Below, piece after piece: positions 51,913 through 63,645 of a stretch of 64,000 nt of DNA. The position numbers and the translations under genes are program-made. The notes below the pieces were generated by a model, which saw only the letters and a program-made list of their open reading frames with translations, did no database searches and was not told the origin of the DNA. The first letter of the stretch is position 1. Every line of letters begins with the position of its first letter. Source of the stretch: Okamejei kenojei (taxonomy: Eukaryota); assembly GCA_035221665.1 (NCBI GenBank), contig CM069154.1:6076001-6140000 (forward strand). Reading direction: 5' to 3'.

Positions 51913-53955
51913 TTAGAATCTGCAAGCCAGGAGATTGACTCTGTCATGGCACGGGTGACTAATGCCTGACACTGGGTGGATTAATAACTGTCGACTGCTG
52001 GGGAATTCCAACGGTGTTTCAACAGCCATGTCGAAAGCCACTGGGAACCATGGCTGTGTAGGCCAGTCAGGTATTATCAAGATTCCTGAAGCGGAATCCA
52101 ATTGAATCTTGCGTAATACCCGACTGATGAGGCAGAAGGGAGGAAAAGCATAAAAGAACATTTTCCCCCAATGCAGCGAGAATGCATCAACTGCTGCTGC
52201 CTCAGGGTCTGGTTCCCAAGCGACATACGTTGGTACCTGGTGATTCAGCCTGGATGCAAATAGATCGATATCTGGTGTGCCATATTGCTTTGTAATTTCA
52301 GCAAACACTTTGGGATTTAACATCCATTCGATGTTATCATTAAATCTACGTGACCTGGTGTCTGCCACTGTATTTTGCTTACCTGGAAGGTAAGTTGCTG
52401 ATAACCAAATATGCCTTTCAACACACCATTGCCAGATTAGGTTGGCCAAATTGTCACACGATATCGACTTTACACCACCCATGTGATTGATATAAGCCAC
52501 CACCGTGGTATTATCTAGTTGCAACCGGACATGTGCATGATGCGTATTACATGAATATGCTTTTAACCCATAAAACGCACCCAACATTTCTAAATAGTTG
52601 ATGCCCCGTGTCTGTAGGCAAGATGATTCAAATTTACTCCATCTGCCCCCTGTGCTGGATTGCATGTTAGTTGCTCCGCAGCCCAAAGCACTGGCATCCG
52701 TTTGAATGGTTAATACTGGGTTGGTGATCATTATGGGACTGGAGCTGAGTCTTACATTCCTCGCCCACCATTGTAACTCTGGAATGGATTCAGCAGTTAA
52801 ACTCATAGCTCGGTCAAAGTGACCTGAGTTTTGCTTTAGTGCATGCACTTTAGCTCTTTGCAAATTTTGATAGTGCAAAGGCCCAAATTGTACAGCTGGG
52901 AAAGCTGCTACCATTTTGCCAATAACTCTAGCTACTTCCCGTATGGTTGGCTGATGTTTATTCATGAGTTTGTTGCATGATAGCGCCAATTCTGATGCTT
53001 TCCCCTTCGGCAGAGTTACAATCATGCGAACAGTATCTATCGTAAATCCAAGATAGTCCATGGCAGTGGACGGTGTAAGATTGGATTTTTCTGGATGTAT
53101 GACAAACCCCAAAGTTTCAAACAAACGTTTGGTGGCTGCTGCGACTGCTAAAATAGCTGTCTCCAAGGTTTTCCCTATTATTAAAATATCGTCTAAATAC
53201 GCCATGACTATATGCTTTTGTTTCCTCAATAATGCCAAGGCAGGTTTTAAGATTTTAGTGAACAACCTTGGAGCAGAGGTTAGCCCATTTGGTAAGGCTT
53301 TATATTGCCATAGCTGTTTCATCCAGATAAATTTTAAATATTTTCGATTGTCCTTGTGTATGGGTACTGAGTAGTAGGCATCTTTTAAATCAATGCTTGC
53401 TAGAAAGTACCCCCTAGAAACCAATAGTCTGGCTGTTTCAAAAGTATCCATCTTGAAATGTATATACCTGACAGACTTGTTCAAAGTAGTTAAGTCAATG
53501 ATGATGCGTCGTCCACCATCTTTTTTGATTTTAGTGAAAATATTAGACACAAATTCCAAAGGTTCATGTTTTGTTCTTTCAATGACACCTTTAGCTTGTA
53601 ACCTCATCAGTTCAGCTTGACCCTCTTGTTTTTCCTTGACTGAGAGGGTGAATACCCTTTTGGGTATATGCTGAACTGGTGGAAAATCTTTATGGACAAA
53701 GTCAATTTTGTAGCCATGAACGCTGCTGAGTATATACTTGTCATTAGTGATGGATTCCCATGCATCCAAAAACAAGTGCAATCTCCCCCCTGTTAGCACA
53801 GAGCCCCTACTGCACATATGCTGAGAGGAACCAGACCCACCTACCTCCATGGTTATTGGTGCTTCTTCTGCCTCTTCGCTGGGTGATGAGGCGTCTGCTG
53901 GGCTGTAGAGGGTTGATGTTGATCTCGATGTTGTTGGGGGTGGCGCATTTTCCAT
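51913..53955 (-). CDS. DIRS ORF2, reverse transcriptase-RNase H-methyltransferase-like
   Basis: IDLKDAY, LPNGLTSAPRLFTK, YLDD; RNase H TDAS, INYLE, DNTTVVAYINHMGG, ADTRSR; MT-like DIDLFAS...YAFPPF...PDWPTQPW. Confidence 0.95.
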   Translation of the reverse strand: MENAPPPTTSRSTSTLYSPADASSPSEEAEEAPITMEVGGSGSSQHMCSRGSVLTGGRLHLFLDAWESITNDKYILSSVHGYKIDFVHKDFPPVQHIPKRVFTLSVKEKQEGQAELMRLQAKGVIERTKHEPLEFVSNIFTKIKKDGGRRIIIDLTTLNKSVRYIHFKMDTFETARLLVSRGYFLASIDLKDAYYSVPIHKDNRKYLKFIWMKQLWQYKALPNGLTSAPRLFTKILKPALALLRKQKHIVMAYLDDILIIGKTLETAILAVAAATKRLFETLGFVIHPEKSNLTPSTAMDYLGFTIDTVRMIVTLPKGKASELALSCNKLMNKHQPTIREVARVIGKMVAAFPAVQFGPLHYQNLQRAKVHALKQNSGHFDRAMSLTAESIPELQWWARNVRLSSSPIMITNPVLTIQTDASALGCGATNMQSSTGGRWSKFESSCLQTRGINYLEMLGAFYGLKAYSCNTHHAHVRLQLDNTTVVAYINHMGGVKSISCDNLANLIWQWCVERHIWLSATYLPGKQNTVADTRSRRFNDNIEWMLNPKVFAEITKQYGTPDIDLFASRLNHQVPTYVAWEPDPEAAAVDAFSLHWGKMFFYAFPPFCLISRVLRKIQLDSASGILIIPDWPTQPWFPVAFDMAVETPLEFPSSRQLLIHPVSGISHPCHDRVNLLACRF

Positions 53956-55088
53956 GGGGTCCGCTCTGGGCCCTGGCCTAAAAAAGGCTTACGGGGAATG
54001 GTTGCGGACCCCGAGCTTTCACCAGTCCCATAGTGTGGTCGACGACTGGTGGACGCCATGGGGTACTGCCGCCTGGGTTTGTTGGGTCTGCTCGGTCCCA
54101 AACCTGCCCTCACGAGACCAAAGGTCTTGGATTCTTCTTCCAGGTCTTTCACCTTTTTTGGAAGGTCTTTCCCAAAGAGCAGAATAGGAGGTTCTGACCC
54201 CGGTGTTTTGCAGAGTCCCGCAAATTTAGGGTTGAGGGCAGGCTTGATAATCTCCTTTCGCAAATTATTTATCTCATATTGAGTTGTGCACAGCAGAGCT
54301 AATGTGTCTTGCTGATTTGTGGAGATGTCCGCACCATCAATGGACCGAGCATAAGATGTTATTCCTGCAGTCAGGAATTTAAGGATCTTCTGGAGCTTCA
54401 ACTCCAGGTTTCTGATGTTCTGCCCCAAATGTCCCCAAATTTGGCTATTGACAGCAGGTACATTCAAAGATGTACAATTTCCTGGGGCTGTATATAGTTG
54501 AAGAGCCTCATTGACCACTTGTTCTTGTAGGGGTTTAGAGGACAGGTGGTTAATGCTGGCTGCAAGTTTCGGCTCTAATGGCCGACCCGCTTGTGGAATG
54601 GCCACGTAGCGGTTGACCACACCCAGCAGTTCTTCCTGTTCCTGTACACCCTGCGTACTCCCGAAATCTTCAGCCAGTGACCCCTCTTCTTGACCAGCCC
54701 AGACCTGGTCGCCAATGCTGCCTTCAAAAGAAGGTGAAGCAATGGCCAGTGCCGTAAAAGGCACTGCGGGAGTGCCTGAGCTCCCTTGGCGAGGCTGCTG
54801 CTGCTCTCTCAGCAGATCTCGCTGGAGCAATTGCTCCATAAGCCGTTCCATGCGGCTTAGGCGGCTGCCTGTGCTCTCGAGCGGTAAGGCATCTTCATCC
54901 GAAACGTCGGACACTACCGCCCGGTTCTGGCTGCAGGTACCTCCAGCCCGCTGCTCAGGCAGCACTAGCGGTGCTGGGCTCGGCTCGGTAGTTATAACCG
55001 CCGCCTCTTGCCCCCCCTCCAAAGAGCATTCCTCAACGAAGGACGAACGGGGGCGAGCTGCAGACTTCTTTCCTCGGGCCTTGCTCAT
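53853..55088 (-). CDS. DIRS ORF1, Gag-like
   Basis: Long open frame with first ATG at 55088. Position and motifs (LNVPAVN, LLFGKDL) are typical of DIRS ORF1. Confidence 0.85.
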   Translation of the reverse strand: MSKARGKKSAARPRSSFVEECSLEGGQEAAVITTEPSPAPLVLPEQRAGGTCSQNRAVVSDVSDEDALPLESTGSRLSRMERLMEQLLQRDLLREQQQPRQGSSGTPAVPFTALAIASPSFEGSIGDQVWAGQEEGSLAEDFGSTQGVQEQEELLGVVNRYVAIPQAGRPLEPKLAASINHLSSKPLQEQVVNEALQLYTAPGNCTSLNVPAVNSQIWGHLGQNIRNLELKLQKILKFLTAGITSYARSIDGADISTNQQDTLALLCTTQYEINNLRKEIIKPALNPKFAGLCKTPGSEPPILLFGKDLPKKVKDLEEESKTFGLVRAGLGPSRPNKPRRQYPMASTSRRPHYGTGESSGSATIPRKPFLGQGPERTPWKMRHPQQHRDQHQPSTAQQTPHHPAKRQKKHQ

Positions 55089-55282
55089 TCTTCCTGGAAC
55101 ACAAGACCACAGAGAGAAAGGCACACGGCCACGGTAAACTTACCTGTCGGCCCGACTTTTCAATTTGTAGCGGGAGTGCCTTGAACTCCCGTTCGTCGCG
55201 GTGCACTGCATGAACGCTAATGTCGCGCATGCGTGCTGGACGGGATCTTCACGTAGTCACTCACGTGACTCCGAAGTAAAAT

Positions 55283-56571
55283 CTAGTCATTGACTTGCAG
55301 ACTGGAAAGACCGCTCCTGCGGCTTACTATTGTCAAACCAAACTAAGTTGACACGGATGACTGACGTCTTAAGTTCAGTTCCATATGGGGTTGACAATCA
55401 TACTAGTGTGCTATTACTGTGCCGCACGTGCCTTCTCAGCATTTTGGCTGCGAGGAGCAGAATCCATTTATCGGGTCACCTTCTGTTCGAGATAGGGTCT
55501 TAAACTCAACACCCCCCAGGGAGGTACGCAGAGATCTGGGATGTTAACATTGGAACATCCCTGCCCTGGGCTCACTATACCAAGGGTTATGCTCATGACA
55601 CTAAGGCAGCACTATGGGTCCAGTTGCTTAGCTGTGACTGGACAAGATGATTATTCTGCATGGAATTACATTTATGTTATCACTAATCAGCAGATATCGC
55701 CAGCGACATTAGGTCTCAAACTAGTATTGCTGGCATATCCCATGGACCTTCGGTTGCATGTGGCACACATCTACACCAGTATGCTAAGGTCTCTAGAGCC
55801 TTAGGGACTGAACTATCAATGATTGATAGTCACATGGAGCCTCACTAGAGAATCACTACAGACCATCGGCTGGTGGTTTATATGGGTTCTGGGGGCAGGA
55901 GTGAACACTGACATACAAGTCTCACTCCACCCAGGCTGCAACTATATCAGCAGCAGGGGGTGGACGTTCATGGGACCACATCCTAGCAGGTGCAGGATGG
56001 TCCACGAACGATTCCAAACATGTAGAAATACCCTTGCCAGACCAGGGGTATTTGCCGACTTTTTAAGTCTGTGTTTAGTTCCACCCGGGTGCAGGAGGTA
56101 CTATTATCACTAAGTGTACATTATAGCATCAACATGTCTATTCCTATGTCATGTCTGAATGCATTATTAAAATTAGTTCTTCACTGTTGCAGTGTGTGAT
56201 GCATGGACTCGTCCATGGCATGAAATCACAGCGCTTTGAAATCTTCACGTAGTCACGTGACTCCGAAGTAAAATAGTAAGATTAAATGAGAACTACCAGT
56301 TTGAAATTAGAGCTTTATTTTATGAGGAGTTACGATGAGGGATTACATGCCCTCCGCTCCCAAACCCTCTATTATAAAGGTCAACTGGTATCTATAAGTT
56401 CTCTCTTATCTTACTATGTTAGTCAATTCTGGTATCTGTGATTTCACACCGCTGCTTTGAAGAATGTCGCGCATGCGTGCTGGCGAGGTCTTCACGTAAT
56501 CCCTCATCGTAACTCCTCATAAAATAAAGATCAAATTTCAAACTGGTAATCTCATTTAATCTTAGTATTTT
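55283..56571 (+). mobile_element. Old degraded DIRS1 element, right part (YR remnant, ICR, right ITR)
   Basis: Remnants of RY.EIWDV and HST. 56241-56571 is a diverged mirror image of the 50435-50775 ICR/ITR block. Confidence 0.85.
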
Positions 56572-57544
56572 ATGAATGTTCATCTAAGTAATATAATCAA
56601 AGTGTAGTGGCACCCACTCCATTTGAAAACACTGTAACAGTTCCCTCGTTCTAATTTAAAGCAGTAGTGAAATAACATTGCCTCCAAATAGCTTATCTTC
56701 AAATTATACTACACCGATTGTTCAATGTAAAATGTATGAAAAATGAAATGGCTCCGGAACATGGTTGAAGAAATAAAATGAGGTGCTTGACTGCGTTGAC
56801 GGAATTCTCAACATTAGTAATATTTTTTTAATTTTAGCCTATTCCTGTTGTAGTCCACAATAACCCTTCTGCTCCCTTTGTCAAATGGAACCTGCCAATG
56901 CACTGATTGCCAAAGCCGTTGTTTATGGTAATGAACTCAATATATTTCTGGGCCATTACAGGCAGACAATTAGTGGTCACATATATTGGTGGGTTTGGAA
57001 GGCGTATTAAGAGGAGAGAGGGGAGGGAGGGTTGAAACAGGGTCAGGTAGGTGGCAGGTGCACCTAGAGAAGGTGAGGGATGATGGGAGGAAGATGAGGA
57101 GGGGGCGGGGAAAATTTGAGACAATGCCAGTGTGCGGTATGGGAAAAAGACAAGGGGATAAACGAGGTTCAAGTGAATTAGATGGAGATATCTGGTGGTG
57201 AGTAGAATATCGGGCAACAGTACCTCCGACATTGCCGCACTCCTTCTGGCGCAGGTGTAGAGTTGCGGCTCACAGCACTAGAGACCTGGGTTCGATCCGC
57301 ATGACGGGTGCTGTCTGTGCAGCGTTTGTCCGTTCTCCCTGTGACTGTGTGGGCTTTCTCCCGGTGCTCCGGTATCCTCCCACACCCACAAAACGTGCAG
57401 GTTTGTGTAAAAATGAATATTGTCACCCGTGTGTGTAAGATAGTGCTCGTGTATGGGGATCGCTAGTTGGCGTGGAGTAGGTGGGCCGGAGGGCCTGTTT
57501 CCACGCTGTATCTCTAAAGTGGCATATAAAGAGGAGAGAGGGGA

Positions 57545-58050
57545 GGACATCCTTCTGGTTGAGGCAGTGTAGCGTAGGTTCACAAGATTGATCCCTGGGA
57601 TGACAGGACTCTCATGTGAGGAAAGATTGAAAAGACTAGGCTTGTATTCACTGGAGTTTAGAAGGATGAGGGGGATCTTATAAACACATTAAAATTATAG
57701 TAGGACTGGACAAGCTAGATGCATGAAAAATGTTCCCAATGTTGGGTGAATCCAGAACCAGGGGCCACAGTATTAGAATAAAGGGGAGGACATTTAAGAC
57801 TGACCTGAGAAAAAACTTTTTTACCCAGAGAGTTGAGAATTTATGGAATTCCCTGCCACAGAGGGCAGTGGGGGCCAAACACCGGATGGATTTAAGAGAG
57901 AATTTGATATAGCTCGAGGGGCTACAGGAGTCATGCGGTATGTGGAGAAGGCAGACACGGGTTATTGATAGCGGACGATCACAATGAATGGCGGTGCTGG
58001 CTCAAAGGGCCGAATGGCCTCCTCCTGCACCTATTTTCTATGTTTCTATG
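57545..58050 (+). mobile_element. CR1 3' fragment
   Basis: [14 protein letters not shown]...NFFTQRV; TTTCTATG tail. Confidence 0.8.
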
Positions 58051-58437
58051 TTTAAAGTAAAGTCTAAAGTCAATACTTCAAGGCCATTAATGGAGAGGGA
58101 GAGCGGATCGCGGGATTACCGAGGAGACTTTGTCCCCCCTCCACCCCACCCCACCAACTCTCTACCGTTACCAGCCCCACACCCACTCCCACCCCCCAAT
58201 CCCAACTCTCTTCCAGCTATCCGCACCCTACCCCAACTAGTCTGAAGAAAGGTCCTGGCCAGAAACCTCTCTTGTCCATTCCCTCCTGTGCTGAGTTACA
58301 CCGGGACTTTGTGTTTGGCTCAAGGGTAAGTGAATATCCAGACACGGGTTGGACCATTTGGGCCTTCGTTTAATAGGGTAAAAGGGGGTGGGCCAACAAT
58401 GTGTTCAGTAGATTTGTCCTCTACATTTTCCTCTCAG

Positions 58438-58483
58438 TTTCAGGAGCACTGTGGGCAAAGAGACAGGTAAGAGGTGTTTTGGG
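58438..58483 (+). pseudogene. 5' part of a paralogous CD300/pIgR-like V exon, disrupted by L1
   Basis: Same ctctcag|tttcag acceptor as exon 2. Reads VSGALWAKRQVRGVLG versus [16 protein letters not shown], then switches abruptly to L1. Confidence 0.75.
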
Positions 58484-61400
58484 TTGTAAAAAAGCCTTAT
58501 CCATCATTGAAGGTTTGAACGTAACATTATTGGCGATGGTAAGACCTAATGGTATAGATTTTAGTTTTAATGTTTTCTTTATTTGTTTCCAGATGCGGAT
58601 TCCGTTTTCTATTATCGGATTTTCACTATAAATTTTCTTAGCTACATTAGTGTTAGCAAATATTATAGAGCTAATTTCAAATGGAGAACAATCTTCTTTT
58701 TCCATATTTAACCAATTTGGTTTATTATCTATTTCTTCTAGCCAAAAATTCATATTTTTAATATTGACTGCCCAGTAATAAAACATAAGATTTGGTAATG
58801 CTAATCCTCCATTTATTTTAGGTTTACATAAATGTTTTTTATTTATTCTATGGCTCTTGTAATCCCAGATAAAGTTAGTAATTAGAGAATCTACTTTTTT
58901 GAAAAAAATTTTAGGGAGATATATCGGAATTAATTGAAATAGATATAGTAAATTGTGGGAGAAAAATCATTTTTATTGCATTAATTTTACCTAACATTGA
59001 AATAGGTAAGCTTTTCCAGTATAAAATATTCTTATTTAATTTATTCAATAATGGGGGGAAATTAAATTTAAATAAAGAGTCAAATCTTTTTGTAACGAAA
59101 ATCCCAAGGTATTTAATATTTTCGTTTGTTATCTTAAAAGGGAATTGTTGTAATATATGTAAGTTATTCACCGTTATTGGCATGAGTTCACTTTTATTCC
59201 AATTAATACTGTATCCTGAGAAAGATCCGAATTCCGTTATTAGTTTTAACAAATTTCGGATACTTGTTTCTGGTTCAGTGATATAAAGTAATACATCATC
59301 CGCATATAAGGAGATTTTATTTTTAGTATCTCTAGTATCATATCCATGTATTTCCGGATGTAATCTCATCCTCTGGGCGAGAGGTTCTATTGCGAGTACA
59401 AACAATAAAGGTGATAAAGGACAACCTTGTCTACAACCTCGAGATAAACTGAATTTAGTTGATAACATTCGGTTTGTTGTTATTCTAGCTATTGGATTTG
59501 TATATAACAATTTAATCCAACTTCTCTCCCAATTTGAAAGGTTCCATAGCCGAAAATAGGTAGGGCCATTCCACTTGATCAAAAGCTTTTTCTGCGTCAA
59601 GCGAAATGACTACTAAATCTTTTTTATCACTTCTTTTCGAATATATATTATTAAATAACCGTCTTAGATTGTATGAGGAATATCTTTTTGGTATAAATCC
59701 TGTTTGATCGGGATGGATTAATTCGTTAACGACTGAACTTAGCCTTTGTGCTAGTATTTTTGTTAATATCTTTTGATCAGTATTTAATAGAGCTATTGCT
59801 CTATATGATCCTGGTTCATCCAAGTCTTTATTTATTTTGGGTATAAGTGTTATAATAGATTCATTCAACGTTTCTGGTAATTTCTGTTGTGTGTATATCT
59901 GTTCATATAATGATTTCAGACGCGGAACCATATGATCATGAAATATTTTATAAAATTCCGAACCTATACCATCTGGTCCCGGTGTTTTACCATTTTTTAA
60001 TGATCTAATAGATTCTTGGATTTCTTTTATTGAGATATCAGCATTTAGTAATTCTCTATTTTGTAAATCCAGTCCTTTCAGGTTACATTTTTTTTTTAAA
60101 TGCTTCTATTTCTGTTTTATTTACTGTTGCTTTAGCAGTGTATAAGTTTTTATAATATTGCATAAATCTTTCATTAATATCTTTGGGTTGTATTAACAAA
60201 TCACCATTATGTGATTTAATCCTATGGATAATTTTTTCAGCTTCAATTTTCCTTAACTGTCGAGCCAATAATTTTTGGGGTTTATCTCCAAATTCAAACT
60301 GTAATTGTTTAGTATGTTGATAAAATTTTACAACTTGATCTGTATATATTTTATTTAATTTATATTTCAATGCTGCAATTTTATTGTGTAATATTATATC
60401 TGGTTTTGTGCATTCTGTATATCTAATTGTTTAATCTCCCTTTCCAAATCTTGTTGTTCCTTCCGAATCTTTTTATTATGGAATGCTTGTGAAGAGATCA
60501 TGATTCCCCGGAGATATGCTTTGAATGTTTCCCATAATAAGGAGCAAGATATTTCTGGTTGATCATTTATTTCAAAAAAAATCTTAATTTGAGTTGTGAT
60601 ATATTCCAGAGTAGTTTTATTTTTTAAAATTTGTGGGTTAAATTTCCACTGTCCTGATTTTTCTGTTTTGCCATTTATTTTAATTTTAAATGTTAATAGA
60701 GCATGATCTGAAATTAAAAATATTATGATATTTGGATTCATAAGTGAGTGAAATAAGTTTTGCGTCCACCAAAAAATAATCTATTCTTGAATAAGTTTTA
60801 TGTACTGGCGAGTAAAAAGAGTATTCTCGTTCAGTAGGGTTTTTCTGTTCTCCAAACATCTTTAATGTTAGTCGTTTGCATATATGCGTTTAATAAGTCA
60901 CTGGAGTGTGATTTAGTTTTTCTTTGCTTTGTAGATCTATCTAAGTAGGGGTCTAGTGTGCAATTAAAATCTCCTCCAATTATCAAATTATATTGTGTTA
61001 ATTCCGGAATATTGTTAAGTACTTTCTTAAAAAACAATGGGCTATCAAAATTTGGTCCATATATATTAACAAAAATCATTTTTTTTCTGTGTTTAATTCT
61101 CCTATCACAATAATGTATCTACCATCTTTATCAGTTATAGTTGATGTATGCTTAAATAAAGTACCTTTACGAAATAATATTGCTACGCCTCTTGATTTAT
61201 GCGTAAAAGAAGAGTGGTACATTTTATCTATCCATTTAGCTTTCAACCTATATTCAGCGTCTTTTTTTTAAGTGAGTTTCTTGAATATAAATTACATCAG
61301 CTTTAATTGCCTTTAAATGTGCCAATACTTTTCCTCTCTTTATCGGTTCATTAATACCTTTAACATTCCAACTACAAAACGTTAATCCCTCATTCCCCGT

Positions 61401-63644
61401 ATTCCTTTTTAAGTCTTGCAGTTTATAGAGATCTACAATAGAGTCTAAGGGTCAGCGCGACAGACCCAACCTTACACCCGAACATCGAATAGATGAATTT
61501 TAAATCTTGTTTATGTCCCTCACGAATATATCTCCATTGGTCCAATGTGTAACTCCATTCAAACTGAAAAACACAATAGATTGTATAAAAGAAGAGTAAA
61601 GGATAGTTTAAGAGGTTAAGTGATGTGTTTAAAGATAGAAAGAACTACATCTAGAGTAGTTGTAGTTAGTGCTAGCCATACTAGCATGGCTATCCATCTA
61701 GCGACTTCCGTCGTTGATGTTATTAACTTGACCAGCTCCTAGGTTTAAGGAATTATTATTCCATAATAATATTTTACCGGGGGTATAACATTAAGGGAAA
61801 AAAAGGGTAAAAGAAAAAAGGGAAAGAAGAAAAAGGGTAGGATTCATCAAAAAAAAAGGGGGGGAAAACAGAAAAGAAAAAAAAAGGGAGAGATTTATCA
61901 AATTCTACTGATTAAAGATATAAAAGTGTCTATATCTAGAATTAATTAAAAAATCTAAGTAATATTAAACATGAAAAATGAAAAGGCTATATAAGAGAAA
62001 AAAAAGGGATAAAAAAAATACCATAAAACAAAAGGAAAAACTAAAATTCAAGGTAAAAATTGTTGTTATAAGGAAAGATCTCCAAATGAGATCCATCGCT
62101 ATATTTAACTCTATTCATTAAATAAACATTAGTTGTTAATTATTAGTAGTAGTGAACAATCTTAATTGGTAAAAATAATACTAATAATACCGCGTTGTGA
62201 TTTTAATATTTGTGTTATTTATTTATATTAGTTATGTGATGAAACTAATTATTAATATCCAGATAACACTTTCCGATCCAGTTTTTTCTCTCAATTCCAT
62301 TCGACATTGTCCATTCCGTCCAGTCCAATATTATCTTGTAAGATCTTACAGGATGTTGAGAGTCCGTGTAAAATCTCTAAAAGTAGTGAGAGTCAGTATA
62401 TTCACTTGTAGATATTTTTCAGGTCTTGAACTGCTGTGCGAATTCCAGTGCTGCTGTTGGGGTGTTAAAGAAATGTTCCGCATCGTTAAAAGTAACTCTT
62501 AAAGTAGCTGGGTAATTCAAACCATATCTCAGGTTTTGCACACCCCTCATGAGACTTTTAGCTTCATTAAATGCTTTCCGTTTCCTGGCAACCTCTGGTG
62601 GGTAATCTCGGTAGATACTGATCCTTTGTCCTTCAAATATCAGGTTTCTGTTTCTCGAAGCTTTTCGCATAATCTCATCCAGAACAAAGTCATATTGTAG
62701 CTTTATAATCATTTGTCTTGGAGGGGCGTTTGGTCTGGTCTGACGTCTGCTGACTCTATGAGCACGAGCTAATAAAGGCGTTTCTTCCAGAGATAGAATA
62801 TCTTGCAGTAGTTTTGCAGCAAATTCGAGGATCTTCGTTTTTCTCTCGTCCTTCAGGAATCCCTCAGATTTTGTCTTCTCTGATGTCCTTCTAGCTCAAT
62901 ACATTTCTCTGTTGTTTTAGTCAGCAAGTTCGTTAGACGTTCATTTTCTGTAAGCAGCTTTGCTGTAGTCAAAGCACTTGTATCAGCTATTTCTTCAAGG
63001 TTCTTTATACCAGCCGTCTGTTGTTCCAGTACTTCCTCCATAGGATTCATCCTATTTTGAAAGTCTTTTTTAACCTTTTCAAGTTTTTTGTCCATCTTCT
63101 TTGCCATTTCATTAAACATTTCAGTGAATTCATTCTTCAAATCTTCCGATAATTTCTTGATCTTGTTTTCAATATTTAACTTTGTTTCCTGTTGGAATTC
63201 TTTCAATTGATTATTCATCTGGTTCATCTGAGTGTTCATCTGGCTGTTCATCTGGTTCATCTGGTTGTTCATCTGGTTTATTTCTTCCTTTAAACCAGCA
63301 ATCTGTTGAGAAATAAAAGTTTTCAATTCCTCACCTTCCGTTTTTTTCCCTGTTCTTTTGGATACATCTTCCAGGGAGGAGGTCCTACTCGAGTCCGAGG
63401 CTTCAGTTTGGCCTTCTGGCTGTCTCTGCCGGGTTGATCGACCTTTCCCCTTGTCGGTAGGGCTCCATGCTGTTGACATAATTAGTCGCGCGCCTGATGA
63501 CGTCACTCACAACACTCGGTGCAGAAACGGCAGGCAGCAAGCAGCAGACAGCGGGTAGGTCCCTTAATCCCCCGTTTTTTCCAGTTTTTTTTCGTGGAGC
63601 TGGCTGGCGTTATCCTCTAGCCCTCCATAGCGCCACCGGAAGTT
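58484..63644 (-). mobile_element. L1 LINE, inverted 5' portion (5'UTR, ORF1, most of ORF2)
   Basis: 5' end acttccggtggcgct; ORF1 ~63479-62419; endonuclease (SWNVKG, IGGDFN); RT (SLDAEKAFD, GCRQGCPLSP, LYADDVL). Stops at ...MDKAFLQ. Confidence 0.92.
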
Positions 63645-63645
63645 C

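Larger units (their letters stand above)
50435..55282 (-). mobile_element. Intact DIRS1-type tyrosine-recombinase retrotransposon
   Basis: 37-bp ITR (55219-55255 / 50508-50544). Internal complementary region 50663-50775 matches both ends (79-bp perfect inverse of 50435-50513, plus inverse of the 5' end). Three open ORFs; ATT at both junctions. Confidence 0.96.

Noticed and set aside
50939-51925. Phage or bacterial integrase (contamination or horizontal transfer)
   Set aside because: It is embedded in a complete DIRS structure with RT and Gag ORFs and eukaryotic flanks.
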